Virus record (IMG/VR): IMGVR_UViG_3300010234_000006 | DNA length: 64,000 nt | Source of the DNA: an uncultured virus (IMG/VR IMGVR_UViG_3300010234_000006) | Taxonomy: Duplodnaviria > Heunggongvirae > Uroviricota > Caudoviricetes | Reading direction: 5' to 3' (one strand) | In this document: positions 37,601 through 47,265 of the stretch, one piece after another | Position numbering within the stretch: the stretch's first letter is position 1 | Layout: each line of letters begins with the position of its first letter | Notes under the pieces: model-generated | What the model saw: the letters and a program-made list of their open reading frames with translations, nothing else | What the model was told of the DNA's origin: nothing | The model's database searches: none | Made by a program: the position numbers and the translations under genes

Positions 37601-37885
37601 TCAAAGCTGTCCATGGGCCGCCTCCTGTCTCATGATGTCGCACTCGATGCAGTTCTTCGTGCTCCCAAGCTTCTCGCCGCACCCCAGGCACAGGCCCTTT
37701 CTTTCGAGCCCTGCCACCTCGTAGCGCATGACCTTCACGGAAGTAGGCGCGTAGAAGCAGAGCTTCACCTTGTTCTGGTAGATGTTTGCCACCTCGACGA
37801 TGACGGTCTCACCGCCAAGGGTTATCTCGACGGCCTCGTCCTTTCGCCTCCGAAACACCAGCCGCTTGGGCTTTTCATCGCTCAT
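37601..37885 (-). CDS. csrA: CsrA/RsmA-like protein fused to a zinc ribbon
   Basis: LVFRRRKDEAVEI...IVEV...KVKLCFYAPTSVKVMRYE plus CLGC...CIEC. Confidence 0.75.
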   Translation of the reverse strand: MSDEKPKRLVFRRRKDEAVEITLGGETVIVEVANIYQNKVKLCFYAPTSVKVMRYEVAGLERKGLCLGCGEKLGSTKNCIECDIMRQEAAHGQL

Positions 37886-38139
37886 GATTCCTTCCTTGCT
37901 GCTTCCGCTTCCTCTCGAAGCGCCTTTGACAATGCCGAGACGGCCTCCCTTCTCTGCCTTCTCTTCCCGCGCAGAAGAATCAGCCAGGCCCGGGCGGCGG
38001 CCGGGTCCTCCAGCGCGAGGTTGATGCCTTCCTCCATCGCCCTCTCTCGAGCCGTCGCCGCAGCACCCAGGACCGTCGCCGCAATTCCTGCCAGAGCAAC
38101 TCCAGCAGATACGTCCTTCTTCTTTTTCTTGCCCATCAA
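37882..38139 (-). CDS. Small protein with hydrophobic N-terminal leader
   Basis: GKKKKKDVSAGVALAGIAATVLGAAA. Confidence 0.55.
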   Translation of the reverse strand: MMGKKKKKDVSAGVALAGIAATVLGAAATARERAMEEGINLALEDPAAARAWLILLRGKRRQRREAVSALSKALREEAEAARKES

Positions 38140-38777
38140 TTCTCTCCCATGTCATCCAGACAGGTGACGTACCCGCTCGCGAAGCCAAATCCGAGTGGGA
38201 TGACGAGCTTCATGTCGAGGAGCTGCTCTCTCGTCAGCGATGCGCTCAGGTATTCGAGCACCTTATCCCACGGAGGATCTGGAGCGTCTTCTGGCCATGC
38301 CGTCTTGATGGACATCAGTACCATCTGAGGCACATCCAACTCATTCGCGTTTCTGATAAGGTCTTCTGCTTTAAGCTGCTCAACAACCTCTCTGGGGATC
38401 TCCATCCAGAACGGCATTGGCTTGGCTCTGTCGAGCCGAGAAGAGCGGATATGAACGCCATCCTGGTAGATGTGCGCGACAACGAGCTTCGGAGCCCGCG
38501 AAAGAATCGCGTCGAGCTTCACACGCATGAGCGTATCGACCTCTGAAGCCCCAGACACATCCAAGTCGAACTCGACGATCTCGCCATCGGGCTTCTTCGT
38601 GATGACGAGCTCGGGGACGATGACGCAGTGCGGACACTCGCTCACATTCTTCGAGATTCTACCGCAGCGAAAGCACTTCAGCTCCAACATCTCTCCTTCT
38701 TTACCAATCAGCGCTCTGGACCCTTTCTCTGCGTAGGCTTTATCAATCATCTCTCCCTCCTCTTTGAAATGAGTCAT
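38136..38777 (-). CDS. Zn-ribbon hypothetical protein
   Basis: CFRC...CPHC. Confidence 0.55.
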   Translation of the reverse strand: MTHFKEEGEMIDKAYAEKGSRALIGKEGEMLELKCFRCGRISKNVSECPHCVIVPELVITKKPDGEIVEFDLDVSGASEVDTLMRVKLDAILSRAPKLVVAHIYQDGVHIRSSRLDRAKPMPFWMEIPREVVEQLKAEDLIRNANELDVPQMVLMSIKTAWPEDAPDPPWDKVLEYLSASLTREQLLDMKLVIPLGFGFASGYVTCLDDMGEN

Positions 38778-38864
38778 TCGAGAACCGCCACCACGATGGC
38801 TGTCACGGATGAAAGGAAAATCAGAAGAAGCAGGATGAGACCCGCCACTTCAACGGCGTGAACT

Positions 38865-39461
38865 TTACGCATCAGCCCCTCCACTTCTGTGAATCCTGTA
38901 CGACCCAGACTTTCCGGTGACGTACCACTTTCCGCACGGCGTAAACCTTCGCCCGAGGTCATCAGCGTGCTTCAATCGAACCGGGTCAGCCACACCGAAG
39001 GCGCGCTCACTCTGGATGAGGAGGCGGATGGTTTGCTTCGCTGTGCGAATGGCCTTGAACGTTCCATCCGCATCGCACCTGGACCACCATCCCTCTGGCA
39101 GGTCGAGCGCATTGACGAGGACCATCGCCGGCTTCTTGCTCTGGTACTTTGGGTCCTGCCACGGCTTGAGTGGTGGTCCGCTCCTATAGAAGGCCAGCGT
39201 CTCTCCAGAGCGCAGGTCGTACTCGATGTGACCAGGGCCGACGACACGCCTGTTCTCCTTCCAGTTGTCGAGAATGCTCTTCCAGTGCGACCAGTCGCGG
39301 GCCAGCGTGTTGGTTGTTCTGGCGGATTCGAGGTAGTCGGGGTTCTCCACCCAGATCATCTTCTGCAGGTTGTACTGCCTGGCAATCTCCCGGGGCATGT
39401 CGCATCGAGGGATGTCTTCGAACGTGTACGTCCTGCCGAGCCTTTCGGAACTCTCAATCAT
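38865..39461 (-). CDS. Hypothetical protein
   Basis: GGAGG RBS; coupled. Confidence 0.55.
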   Translation of the reverse strand: MIESSERLGRTYTFEDIPRCDMPREIARQYNLQKMIWVENPDYLESARTTNTLARDWSHWKSILDNWKENRRVVGPGHIEYDLRSGETLAFYRSGPPLKPWQDPKYQSKKPAMVLVNALDLPEGWWSRCDADGTFKAIRTAKQTIRLLIQSERAFGVADPVRLKHADDLGRRFTPCGKWYVTGKSGSYRIHRSGGADA

Positions 39462-39877
39462 GACAGCCTCCTATGAGCCTCTTTGACGTCCTCGAGGATT
39501 TTGAACAGAGCTTCTTTGAGCTCCGGGTACCCCACCCCATCTCCGTCGAAAGAGTGGGCCGACTCGAACAGGTTCCATCGGGTTCCGTCGAAGATGGACA
39601 GGTTGCACATCGATGAGCCGTTGTCTCTGTCGTACCCAATGCGGACGATCTGACCTCCGATGTTCCACACCTCCGAAGCGGTGTTCTCGTGGTCGATGAG
39701 AAGCTTGCGCCCGGAACTTTCCTCGTCGGCCGGATCGTCCTCAATCACTATTGCAGGGAGAAAGTATCCGTCGCACCTCTTCCATTCGGAATTGTCATGC
39801 TTCCCGAGCCTGCCGTAATCGTTCAGCTCCCCAATGTATCCGCATGTCTGGCATGTCCCTCGCTTCTTCCTGCTCAT
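39458..39877 (-). CDS. Hypothetical protein (CxxC..H..C finger)
   Basis: GTCQTCG...KH...RCDG. Confidence 0.55.
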   Translation of the reverse strand: MSRKKRGTCQTCGYIGELNDYGRLGKHDNSEWKRCDGYFLPAIVIEDDPADEESSGRKLLIDHENTASEVWNIGGQIVRIGYDRDNGSSMCNLSIFDGTRWNLFESAHSFDGDGVGYPELKEALFKILEDVKEAHRRLS

Positions 39878-40266
39878 GTGTCAGACCTCTCAATCTCATC
39901 GTCCATAAAGCGCTCGGCAGACTCCGTGTAGCGAATGTGAGGATTCTCCTTCACGGTGGGGAAGAGCTTGTAGCTGCAGGTGTAGTCGTAGGGACCTTCG
40001 GGAGTGTCCTCTCGGTCGCACTGCTCAGCCAGCTCAACGGCGACGTAGACGCCCCAGCTCACCATCTCGATATCCGGATGCCACTCGTCATCATCACAGA
40101 CGCACCACTCCTCCGCGTCCTCCCTTGCCTCGCTCTGAAAGTCGAACTCCTCGAAGTAGTCCGGGTTTCGACTCGTCCATGCGAGCATTGTGTCGTCTCC
40201 GGCCCGGAGCTTTTTGGCGGCGAGCTCGAGCGTGAGGGCGATCTTCTCTCTCCAGTTGTCGTCCAT
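39874..40266 (-). CDS. Acidic hypothetical phage protein
   Basis: GGAGG RBS; EWHPDIEMVSWG...YTCSY. Confidence 0.6.
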   Translation of the reverse strand: MDDNWREKIALTLELAAKKLRAGDDTMLAWTSRNPDYFEEFDFQSEAREDAEEWCVCDDDEWHPDIEMVSWGVYVAVELAEQCDREDTPEGPYDYTCSYKLFPTVKENPHIRYTESAERFMDDEIERSDT

Positions 40267-40710
40267 TTATTCGTCCTCCTTCAAGAACGCATCGACGTGG
40301 ATGTTGATGTGGTACTTCGTTCCCTCTGGGCCTGCGGGAGGACATCTGAACCGGAGCTGCATCCTGTCCGTGAGTTTCCCGAAATGAGCGACGCGTCCGA
40401 GGACCTGCCATCCCTCATAGGAAAAACCGACGACTCTTTCTGTGTGAAGCTCGACTCGCAGGCACTCCTTGATGCGCTCGAGCACCTCCAGTCTGTTGAG
40501 TTGGCCCGAGCCCTCTCCCTCGCGACGAGGGAGTCTCCCATAAGGGTCAATCCTCAGAATGAATGACTCGAATGATTCGAATGTGATTCCGTCGAGGTAC
40601 ACCACCTGCCCAGAGCAGTTGCTGTCGATCTCGATGGGGTAGGTGAATCGAACCATGCCTCGCATGGCCCCAGGTTCCAGGTGCTCAATCATCTCTTCGT
40701 TCTCCTCCAA
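40267..40710 (-). CDS. Hypothetical protein
   Basis: Adjacent coupled ORF. Confidence 0.5.
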   Translation of the reverse strand: MEENEEMIEHLEPGAMRGMVRFTYPIEIDSNCSGQVVYLDGITFESFESFILRIDPYGRLPRREGEGSGQLNRLEVLERIKECLRVELHTERVVGFSYEGWQVLGRVAHFGKLTDRMQLRFRCPPAGPEGTKYHINIHVDAFLKEDE

Positions 40711-41191
40711 ATTTTCCGTTTACTTCCATCCAGTAAGGACCGCGCTTCGAGAAGTAGCTGGGGCACTTCTCGCAAATCGTGGCCTGTGATGGGGTGTATC
40801 CAGGCGTCGCCCAGCTCCTCCCATCCCAGCATCCGTTGTCGTATGACTCGGCGACATCCTCCATCAGCATGCCTCGGTTGTTGAATGTTCTGGACCAACA
40901 ACCGAGAGACTCAAGGCATCTGTGCCAGAACCACAGCCAGTCGCTGACATCCCATCCGCTCTCCTCGTGGTAGAGGAGCTTTGTGGTGTTTATGGATGAG
41001 TGGGCGTAGGCGATGAGAATGCCGACAGGCTTGGTCTCGCAGAACTCTTGAAAGCGCCAAGCCATCTTTGCGAAGACGATGGTGCACACGTCAGCCTCGA
41101 GAACTACCGGGCCGAGCCTTCCCTGCCTGAGAAGCTCTCTCGCGGCTGCGATGGAGAAACGTCTCTCATCGGCAAGCATCTTCGTCGGCAT
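40685..41191 (-). CDS. Hypothetical protein
   Basis: GAGGAGG RBS before MPTKML; downstream of promoter copy 3. Confidence 0.55.
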   Translation of the reverse strand: MPTKMLADERRFSIAAARELLRQGRLGPVVLEADVCTIVFAKMAWRFQEFCETKPVGILIAYAHSSINTTKLLYHEESGWDVSDWLWFWHRCLESLGCWSRTFNNRGMLMEDVAESYDNGCWDGRSWATPGYTPSQATICEKCPSYFSKRGPYWMEVNGKFGGERRDD

Positions 41192-41234
41192 CCATGCCTC
41201 CTCGAATTGTAGCGAGCGCCGCGCGCTCTGTTTG

Positions 41235-41284
41235 TGTGTGACACAGGAGTCAGCACTGTGACACAACGAGATCTAGCGTGTCAA
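41235..41284 (-). promoter_or_regulatory. Related promoter/operator (copy 3)
   Basis: Minus strand TTGACA-18nt-CACAGT with two GTGTCACA boxes. Confidence 0.55.
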
Positions 41285-41703
41285 TACTCGAATCCATTGA
41301 ACCCGAGAAGGTCCGCTATCTCCGGGTAGGCCGTTCGAATCTTTCGAATGGCGCTGATTTCGATTTGCCTGATGCGCTCCCTGGAGCAGTTCATGGCGAC
41401 TCCGCACTCAACGCGCGAGAGCTCCTTCTCTTCTGCCATGTCGAGCGCGCACGACTCACTCAGGTGCCACGGCTTTGCACGTCGCCCCCACGGGAGCGCC
41501 AGGGCCCCTCTCTTGTCTACGAAGAGGTAGAGATGGTACCTGCAGCTTACGTGCGGGCACGGGCGCTCCTCGGGACACCCTCCACGATCGTCCGGAAGCG
41601 TTCGTTCGAACTTCTTCTTCCCGAGCTTCTTCTGCATGACTGCAGAGCTTTCGAACACCGTCGTGAAATGCTTCTTCTTCTTCTTTGGAGGTCCATCTGA
41701 CAT
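41281..41703 (-). CDS. Cys-rich sigma-70 region 4 HTH protein (myxobacterial type)
   Basis: RPCPHVSCRYHLYL...SCALDMAE...SRERIRQIE..AIRKIR. Confidence 0.8.
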   Translation of the reverse strand: MSDGPPKKKKKHFTTVFESSAVMQKKLGKKKFERTLPDDRGGCPEERPCPHVSCRYHLYLFVDKRGALALPWGRRAKPWHLSESCALDMAEEKELSRVECGVAMNCSRERIRQIEISAIRKIRTAYPEIADLLGFNGFEY

Positions 41704-41739
41704 CTTGACACCCTATGCGCAGCTAGCCTACTGTGTGCA

Positions 41740-41847
41740 TCGCATGGGGTTGTTGAGTCTGAACTAGATCGTTCTCCGGTTCAGATTTCTGAGCGCTCCT
41801 GTGCTGGGTGAGAAAAGGGGCGCCATGGTGTGCCCCTTTTCTTTTTG
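41740..41847 (+). ncRNA. Candidate ~100-nt small RNA
   Basis: TTGACA(41705)-18nt-TACTGT promoter, TCTGAAC/GTTCAGA hairpin, intrinsic terminator, no ORF. Confidence 0.45.
41811..41847. terminator. Bidirectional terminator
   Basis: AGAAAAGGGGC...GCCCCTTTTCTTTTT. Confidence 0.75.
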
Positions 41848-41857
41848 CTGAGAGCGA

Positions 41858-42466
41858 TCAGTGGAAGAGACGTTCAGTCTCCGGCCTCCCACTTGGAAGC
41901 CTCTCGAACCCGAATGCGCGAACGCCTGCGTGGTGGTGAGAGGCGAACACCTGGTCGATGACCCTTCGTGGGATATTGAAGAAGAGCAGGCAGTTCGAAG
42001 CGTGCGAGGCGATGTATGAGTAGGCCGAGATGTGCGCACCAGCCAGTGCCATCGACGCTTGCGGGTTGAGGCCCTTATCGGGAGCGAACTCGGCAATCAT
42101 CTTGTTCGAGATCGTCTCGCACTCCTTCACGAACTCTGTGCCCACGTGGATGTGATGGTTGGTCGCAAACCTGAACTTCGTGCCAGAGACCTGCTCCATT
42201 GCATCGAGCGCCCCTCGCTGCTTCCCTGCGGAGAAGTACTGCTCGTGACGCATGCCCGGGCCGAGGACGGTGCTCATCGCCGTCGTGAAGCCAGTCGCAG
42301 ACGAGTACAGCTGGATGCGGTAGATGAGCGCCGTGAGCACGTTCAGCTCGTCGAGCATCTTGAGCTCGAGAACGTCTTTTTCGAGGATGTCGTTGATGTG
42401 CATCTTGTGCGGCTCGAGGACCTTCTCGAATGTCTTCCCGAGCATCGTGTCTAGCATCGTCTTCAT
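41858..42466 (-). CDS. Hypothetical protein
   Basis: Coupled ORF with typical codon use. Confidence 0.6.
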   Translation of the reverse strand: MKTMLDTMLGKTFEKVLEPHKMHINDILEKDVLELKMLDELNVLTALIYRIQLYSSATGFTTAMSTVLGPGMRHEQYFSAGKQRGALDAMEQVSGTKFRFATNHHIHVGTEFVKECETISNKMIAEFAPDKGLNPQASMALAGAHISAYSYIASHASNCLLFFNIPRRVIDQVFASHHHAGVRAFGFERLPSGRPETERLFH

Positions 42467-42945
42467 TGTCCTTCCCTCGCGATCCTGATTTCGTCTCGCA
42501 CGGCGAGCTCCTTGTCGATGGCCTCGAGGACAATCTTCGCGGCCTCGAGTCTGTCTTCAGATGTGATGTAGGCAGAGGCGGCCTCCTCGAATGCGAGCAC
42601 CGAGTTCTCGAACGCCTTCTTTGTGGCGCGCTCGAGCATGAGGGCCTCGGAGATGGACTCGACCACAGTCTCGTAGGCCGAGTCGGTCGGGAGGATGCTC
42701 ATGCGCGAGAGCTCCTGGACGTGGTCTCTGGCCTCGTCATGCTCCTTCGACGAGACACCTCGAGACCTGGCCGAGCACTCAAACTCTCGACGCAGCCTCT
42801 TGTACTCAAAGGTGAGTCGCTCGACATTGGTGCTGACCTCCTCCTTCGAGCGCAAGAGCTCTTCGTAGGGGACGAGGCTGCAGTCTGTCGAGCAGTAGTT
42901 CCGCAGGCTGTCTCTGGGCTTGAGTGTCTCGGGTCTCATCATCAT
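42463..42945 (-). CDS. Coiled-coil protein
   Basis: Heptad E/K/R pattern. Confidence 0.6.
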   Translation of the reverse strand: MMMRPETLKPRDSLRNYCSTDCSLVPYEELLRSKEEVSTNVERLTFEYKRLRREFECSARSRGVSSKEHDEARDHVQELSRMSILPTDSAYETVVESISEALMLERATKKAFENSVLAFEEAASAYITSEDRLEAAKIVLEAIDKELAVRDEIRIAREGQ

Positions 42946-43451
42946 GTCCTCCTTTTACGATTTCGTTTCTTCTTCGCCTTCTTCGTGTACGTCCTGTCTC
43001 CGTGCAGCTCGCCGTGTTCCAGCTCGTCGATAACCTCGAGGTTGTCGAGCGTGTTGTTGGTCTTGTCGCCATCGATGTGATGGACGTGTTCCCACGCCTT
43101 GAGTGGGCGACCCAGGATGCCTTCCATGATCACCCTGTGCTCTCTTCTGCCGTTGTGTTCTCCATGCGTTATCCGGAGATACCCTTGGCTGTCAAGACAC
43201 GTGCCGCCTTTCCAGTTCGGAGCGTTCTCCCCGCGCTGGTGCTCAGCGGAGCAATCCGCCGAGCAGTAAGCCCGCCTCCGGCCCTTGGCCTTGACCACGG
43301 CCCGGACTTCCTCGTCGCAGTCGGGGTTTGCACACTCGACCACAGGGACTTGGGCACCTCTCCATGCTTGGAAGCACTCTCGGCAGTCAAACCGAGAGCC
43401 GCGACGGCCGACGAACTCGTCGCCGCACCACTCGCACTCAAGCAGAGGCAT
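42942..43451 (-). CDS. HNH endonuclease with zinc fingers
   Basis: NWKGG...GY...EHRVIME..LGRPL..EHVHHIDGDKTNNTLDNL. Confidence 0.9.
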   Translation of the reverse strand: MPLLECEWCGDEFVGRRGSRFDCRECFQAWRGAQVPVVECANPDCDEEVRAVVKAKGRRRAYCSADCSAEHQRGENAPNWKGGTCLDSQGYLRITHGEHNGRREHRVIMEGILGRPLKAWEHVHHIDGDKTNNTLDNLEVIDELEHGELHGDRTYTKKAKKKRNRKRRT

Positions 43452-43833
43452 CGCTCTCTCCACTCTCTTCCTGCGTCTCTTCAGGGGCCGCGACCTCTTC
43501 TGCGGGAGCTGTCGGCTGAGGGGGTTGGGGGATTTTGGGGAGGAGCGGGCCGGTGAGGCGCAGGCCGCCCTCGAACATCCCACCGTTGAAGGCCCGGTAC
43601 AGGCCTGCGGCATGCTCTGGGTTGAGGCACGTCATCTCGACACGGACCTTGATGCCGCGGACGGCATCGTAGGTGTTTGACTCGAGGATGATCGCGCGCT
43701 GGTCGGGGGTGACCTGGAAGTCGACCTTGATCGGGGTGAGGCCGAAGTTGATCTGCGCACGGTCGGGCATCCCCGCGGGCGGCTGTGTCTTCGGTGTCTG
43801 CTGTGTGTCTTCTGGTGCTTGTTGTTCTGTCAT
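43438..43833 (-). CDS. Hypothetical protein
   Basis: AGGAG RBS. Confidence 0.6.
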   Translation of the reverse strand: MTEQQAPEDTQQTPKTQPPAGMPDRAQINFGLTPIKVDFQVTPDQRAIILESNTYDAVRGIKVRVEMTCLNPEHAAGLYRAFNGGMFEGGLRLTGPLLPKIPQPPQPTAPAEEVAAPEETQEESGESDASA

Positions 43834-43843
43834 CTGCGTTCTC

Positions 43844-44125
43844 CTACTTCATGTCGAACTTGGTGATCTTGATCTCGGGCTTCTTATCGGCAACTTCTCT
43901 CCGGAGAAGAATGCTCCAGTATCTTCTCGGCCGAGGCTCCTGTGCTCCGACGACGACTAGTCTCCTATCCCACACCTCCCATCCCAACTCAAAGAGTGGA
44001 TGAAGGGACTCGAGATTGCCGATTCCCCTGACTGGCTGTCCATCCAGGCCCATCCTCGGGATGTCTGAGTGGGGTATGATTCGTACGGCAACGCCGACCT
44101 CTTTGTACTCGTAACGTTGTGACAT
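43844..44125 (-). CDS. Hypothetical protein
   Basis: RYEYK...GWEV...LLRRE. Confidence 0.5.
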   Translation of the reverse strand: MSQRYEYKEVGVAVRIIPHSDIPRMGLDGQPVRGIGNLESLHPLFELGWEVWDRRLVVVGAQEPRPRRYWSILLRREVADKKPEIKITKFDMK

Positions 44126-44355
44126 CGTAGCCTTCTCCTCAAAATAGCGCGAGTTGTTTCGGCTTCTGTTTGCAGAACTCCTTCCAGAGCTCCATGTCGA
44201 CACGCACCCATGTGGTGGGTTCGTTGAAGTATCCTGTCATCGCTCCTTTCATCTCACCGCGTGGAGAAACGAAGAGCTGCTTCGGCGCCGTGAGCCACTT
44301 CTCAAGGGTCTTCGTGTCCCTGAGGGCGAGAGCCCACGACGGAGCCCCGCTCCAG

Positions 44356-44940
44356 TTAACTGGCCCGCGACTCATGACTCGCCTCCATGCGCTTGATGAT
44401 TCTGTAGATTGTCATTCGATTCACGCCGAAGATGCGCGCGATGCGCTTGACCGGGTAATCGCTCTTGTAGAGCTCGAAAGCCTCGTCCCGCTGCTGGGCG
44501 TTGAGCTTGTGCTTTCGCCCGAGCTTCACTCCACGGCGCTTCGCATTCGCCAGAGAGGCCTTCGTGCGCTCCCGGATAATCTCGCGCTCGTACTGCGCGA
44601 AGCTCACGAGGATGTTCACCATGAGCCGGCCAGCAGGGTTCGACGTGTCGAGGTGCTCGGTGATCGACCGGAACGAGATCCCGCGCTCCTCGAACTCGAG
44701 CACGAGCTTTGAGAAGTGGAGCAGGCTTCTCGACATGCGGTCGAGCTTCCAAACAACCAGAACATCTCCTTCATCGAGAGATTCGATGAGGCGCTCGAGC
44801 TCCTCCTGACTTATCTCATAGGCCTCATCCGCGTGAGCCTTCTCCGAGACAATTCGCTCACAGCCCGCTCGCTCGAGCGCCTCTATCTGCATCTCGAGGC
44901 TCTGCTCCTCTGTCGATACCCTTGCGTATCCTACCTTCAC
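44356..44940 (-). CDS. Resolvase/invertase-type serine recombinase
   Basis: GYARVSTEEQ, VVWKLDRMSRS, ERE.IRERT, C-terminal HTH IARIFGVNRMTIYR. Confidence 0.92.
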   Translation of the reverse strand: MKVGYARVSTEEQSLEMQIEALERAGCERIVSEKAHADEAYEISQEELERLIESLDEGDVLVVWKLDRMSRSLLHFSKLVLEFEERGISFRSITEHLDTSNPAGRLMVNILVSFAQYEREIIRERTKASLANAKRRGVKLGRKHKLNAQQRDEAFELYKSDYPVKRIARIFGVNRMTIYRIIKRMEASHESRAS

Positions 44941-45794
44941 TCGTCATCTCCCCAGGTCTCCGTGATCGCCCCTGTCGTATCCAAGGGGATGAGCGCGATG
45001 TGGAACTGTACGTCGTCGGCAAGCATCTCCTTTATCCCATCCGTATTCTTCATCCCCTCAACCTCGGAAGACGCGACGTCTTGGGTGCATGGACCGAGCA
45101 TCTTGAGCTGCTGCTGCGGCTCTCCATCGAGGATGACGGTGAAGCACATGAGCCAGTATTTCTTCTCCATGAATCGTTCTCCTGTTCGCAGTTTCTTCTG
45201 ATACGTGATTGGATCGTGAGTGACGCTCAACCTTCACCCAAAGGATTCGATGTCGCGCCTCTCTGACTGTCTTGGGTGCGGATACCCTATAAAGCTCAAG
45301 GATGGTGAGTACGTCTGCGACCGATGCCCGCTATTCTGCGGCGACGAGATCCCATCCATTGCCCCCGACGAGAACTCTTTCGCTGGAGAAAGGTCTCGAC
45401 TGCAAACTGACGAGATCCCAGACCAGGAGGAGGTGAAGACGAGGGTCGATCGCATGTTTGACTCTCTCACGCATTCCAGCTCTGAAGAGCTACCTGTATG
45501 CCTTCTGGATAGTGGTCTCGAGACCAGAGAGGATTCTTGAGGATGAACGTTGCCACCCTGTGCTCGGAGCAGACCGTGTGAAGGCTTATGCCAGCGCGCG
45601 CCGAAACTGCAGAGACTGACGATATGAACAGGCCGTGCACCCGCACCCGGAGAATCGCCCCATCCGACTCACTCTTTGAGGCAAATCCTGACAGCGTGAC
45701 GCGCTTAAAGCTTCTGTCCGTCTTGGCGCACAGGCCTCCCTCGTTATCGTTCCACTCGAGCTCAATCCTTCGTTCGTTGAATGCATCTGACATA

Positions 45795-46142
45795 TTACCC
45801 TCCCTGGAAGCCGAGCGCTGACTTCCTCGCCTCTTCGACAGAGCATGCCCCGACGATGCACAGGAGCTCGTCAGGGCGCCTCTTGTCGTCACCGTTCCAC
45901 TCCACCTCGAGGATGTGCTTGTCGTCGAACAGGGCGACCTCGAAAAACCTGTTGGCCACTATCGCCGGAAGGCGTGAGCGGATGTAGCTCTCGCCATCGC
46001 GAACGAAGAAGATGCTCATGATCCCTCGGCGAGGTATCTTCGGATGTAGCTGGAGCCACACAGCTCCCCCGGTGAAATGACCGATGAACTTGTGCTGACT
46101 CTTGTCCCACAAGAGCTTCACTTCTTTTCTGAACGTTGCCAT
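45795..46142 (-). CDS. Hypothetical protein
   Basis: AGGAG RBS. Confidence 0.5.
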   Translation of the reverse strand: MATFRKEVKLLWDKSQHKFIGHFTGGAVWLQLHPKIPRRGIMSIFFVRDGESYIRSRLPAIVANRFFEVALFDDKHILEVEWNGDDKRRPDELLCIVGACSVEEARKSALGFQGG

Positions 46143-46305
46143 CCGTACTCCTCCTTGATTGACTTCCTGAGCTCATCCTCGAGCTCAGACCAACAGTCCA
46201 TGCACACGTACCCGGACGTCTCAAGCGGCCCTGCGAGAGGACAGGCCATGGCGTCCTCATCGGGCTCTAGGACCAGACCGCAAGAGACGCATGTCGTTGA
46301 ATCAC

Positions 46306-47265
46306 TCATGAGGCGTTGGCCTCATCGAGCACCTCTTTGACGGCCATTGAGAATTCCTCGGTGATCACTCCCTCCGCGAAAGGGGTCCACGAATCACCAT
46401 CCCAGTGAACTATGAGCCCACCCCGAGCTGCAATCACCCCATCTGGCGGCCGGAAGAGCACGACCGATCCGAGAGATATCTCTCCCCTGTCCGCAATCTC
46501 CCTAAGGCCATCCACTGTGGAAACTGGGTCTCCCCAAGGCACTGAGGCGAGCACCCCAAGTTGATTCATCACGCTTGAGGCGGATGAGCTCTCCCTTCGA
46601 GCCCTCCTTCGACCCTCAAAGACATCCAGGACGGCGAGTTCTTTCTCGAGGCCTCCGAGCGCAACGCATTTTTCTCGGTCTTCGATATGCTGATGTGCAG
46701 GACCGAGAGCGTCAATCTCTTCTGCGTTGTAGCTCTTGCCTGGGTTCACGCCGTGAAGGTCTCCATTCTCGAGCAGCCTCGTCGCAAAGCCAAATCCCTC
46801 GTTCCACTTGAATGGGAACTCATCATGCTCGTCGTCATGCTCATCAAACCGGTATCTCAGATGAATGTCATCGGATGAGAACCCGTGCTCAGAGATGCCC
46901 CAAAACGGTTCTGTTTCTCCAGGCATGAAGCAATCCGTAGCGCAGAACCTCTTGGTGTTCACGATGTCTCCATCGGCTGATTTGTAGCCAAGAGGGATGA
47001 GCCTCATCCCTATGAAGAACACCCAGTCTGCTGACGTCACTGCAACGATGTGGCCGATGGACTCGTCGAACGTGATCAGCGTGAAGTGCTCTCGCCCGAA
47101 ACAGATACGCTCCCATTCCGCACGAGCCTCCAAGTACCTGTCTCGGTAGTCCTTGGGCCTCGGCATGACTCCGATTCGCTTGAGCTCGTACATCGCAAGC
47201 TCGAGTTCCTCTTTGTCAGTGGTCTCCCTGATGAGTGAGAGCAGCTTGCTCGACGTCCTTTTCAC
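46306..47265 (-). CDS. Hypothetical protein
   Basis: 319-aa coupled ORF. Confidence 0.6.
   Translation of the reverse strand: MKRTSSKLLSLIRETTDKEELELAMYELKRIGVMPRPKDYRDRYLEARAEWERICFGREHFTLITFDESIGHIVAVTSADWVFFIGMRLIPLGYKSADGDIVNTKRFCATDCFMPGETEPFWGISEHGFSSDDIHLRYRFDEHDDEHDEFPFKWNEGFGFATRLLENGDLHGVNPGKSYNAEEIDALGPAHQHIEDREKCVALGGLEKELAVLDVFEGRRRARRESSSASSVMNQLGVLASVPWGDPVSTVDGLREIADRGEISLGSVVLFRPPDGVIAARGGLIVHWDGDSWTPFAEGVITEEFSMAVKEVLDEANAS

Noticed and set aside
44356..44940. Resolvase as part of a Tn3 transposon or fibre-inversion system
   Set aside because: No transposase or terminal inverted repeats, and no inverted crossover sites noticed around the fibre-like genes
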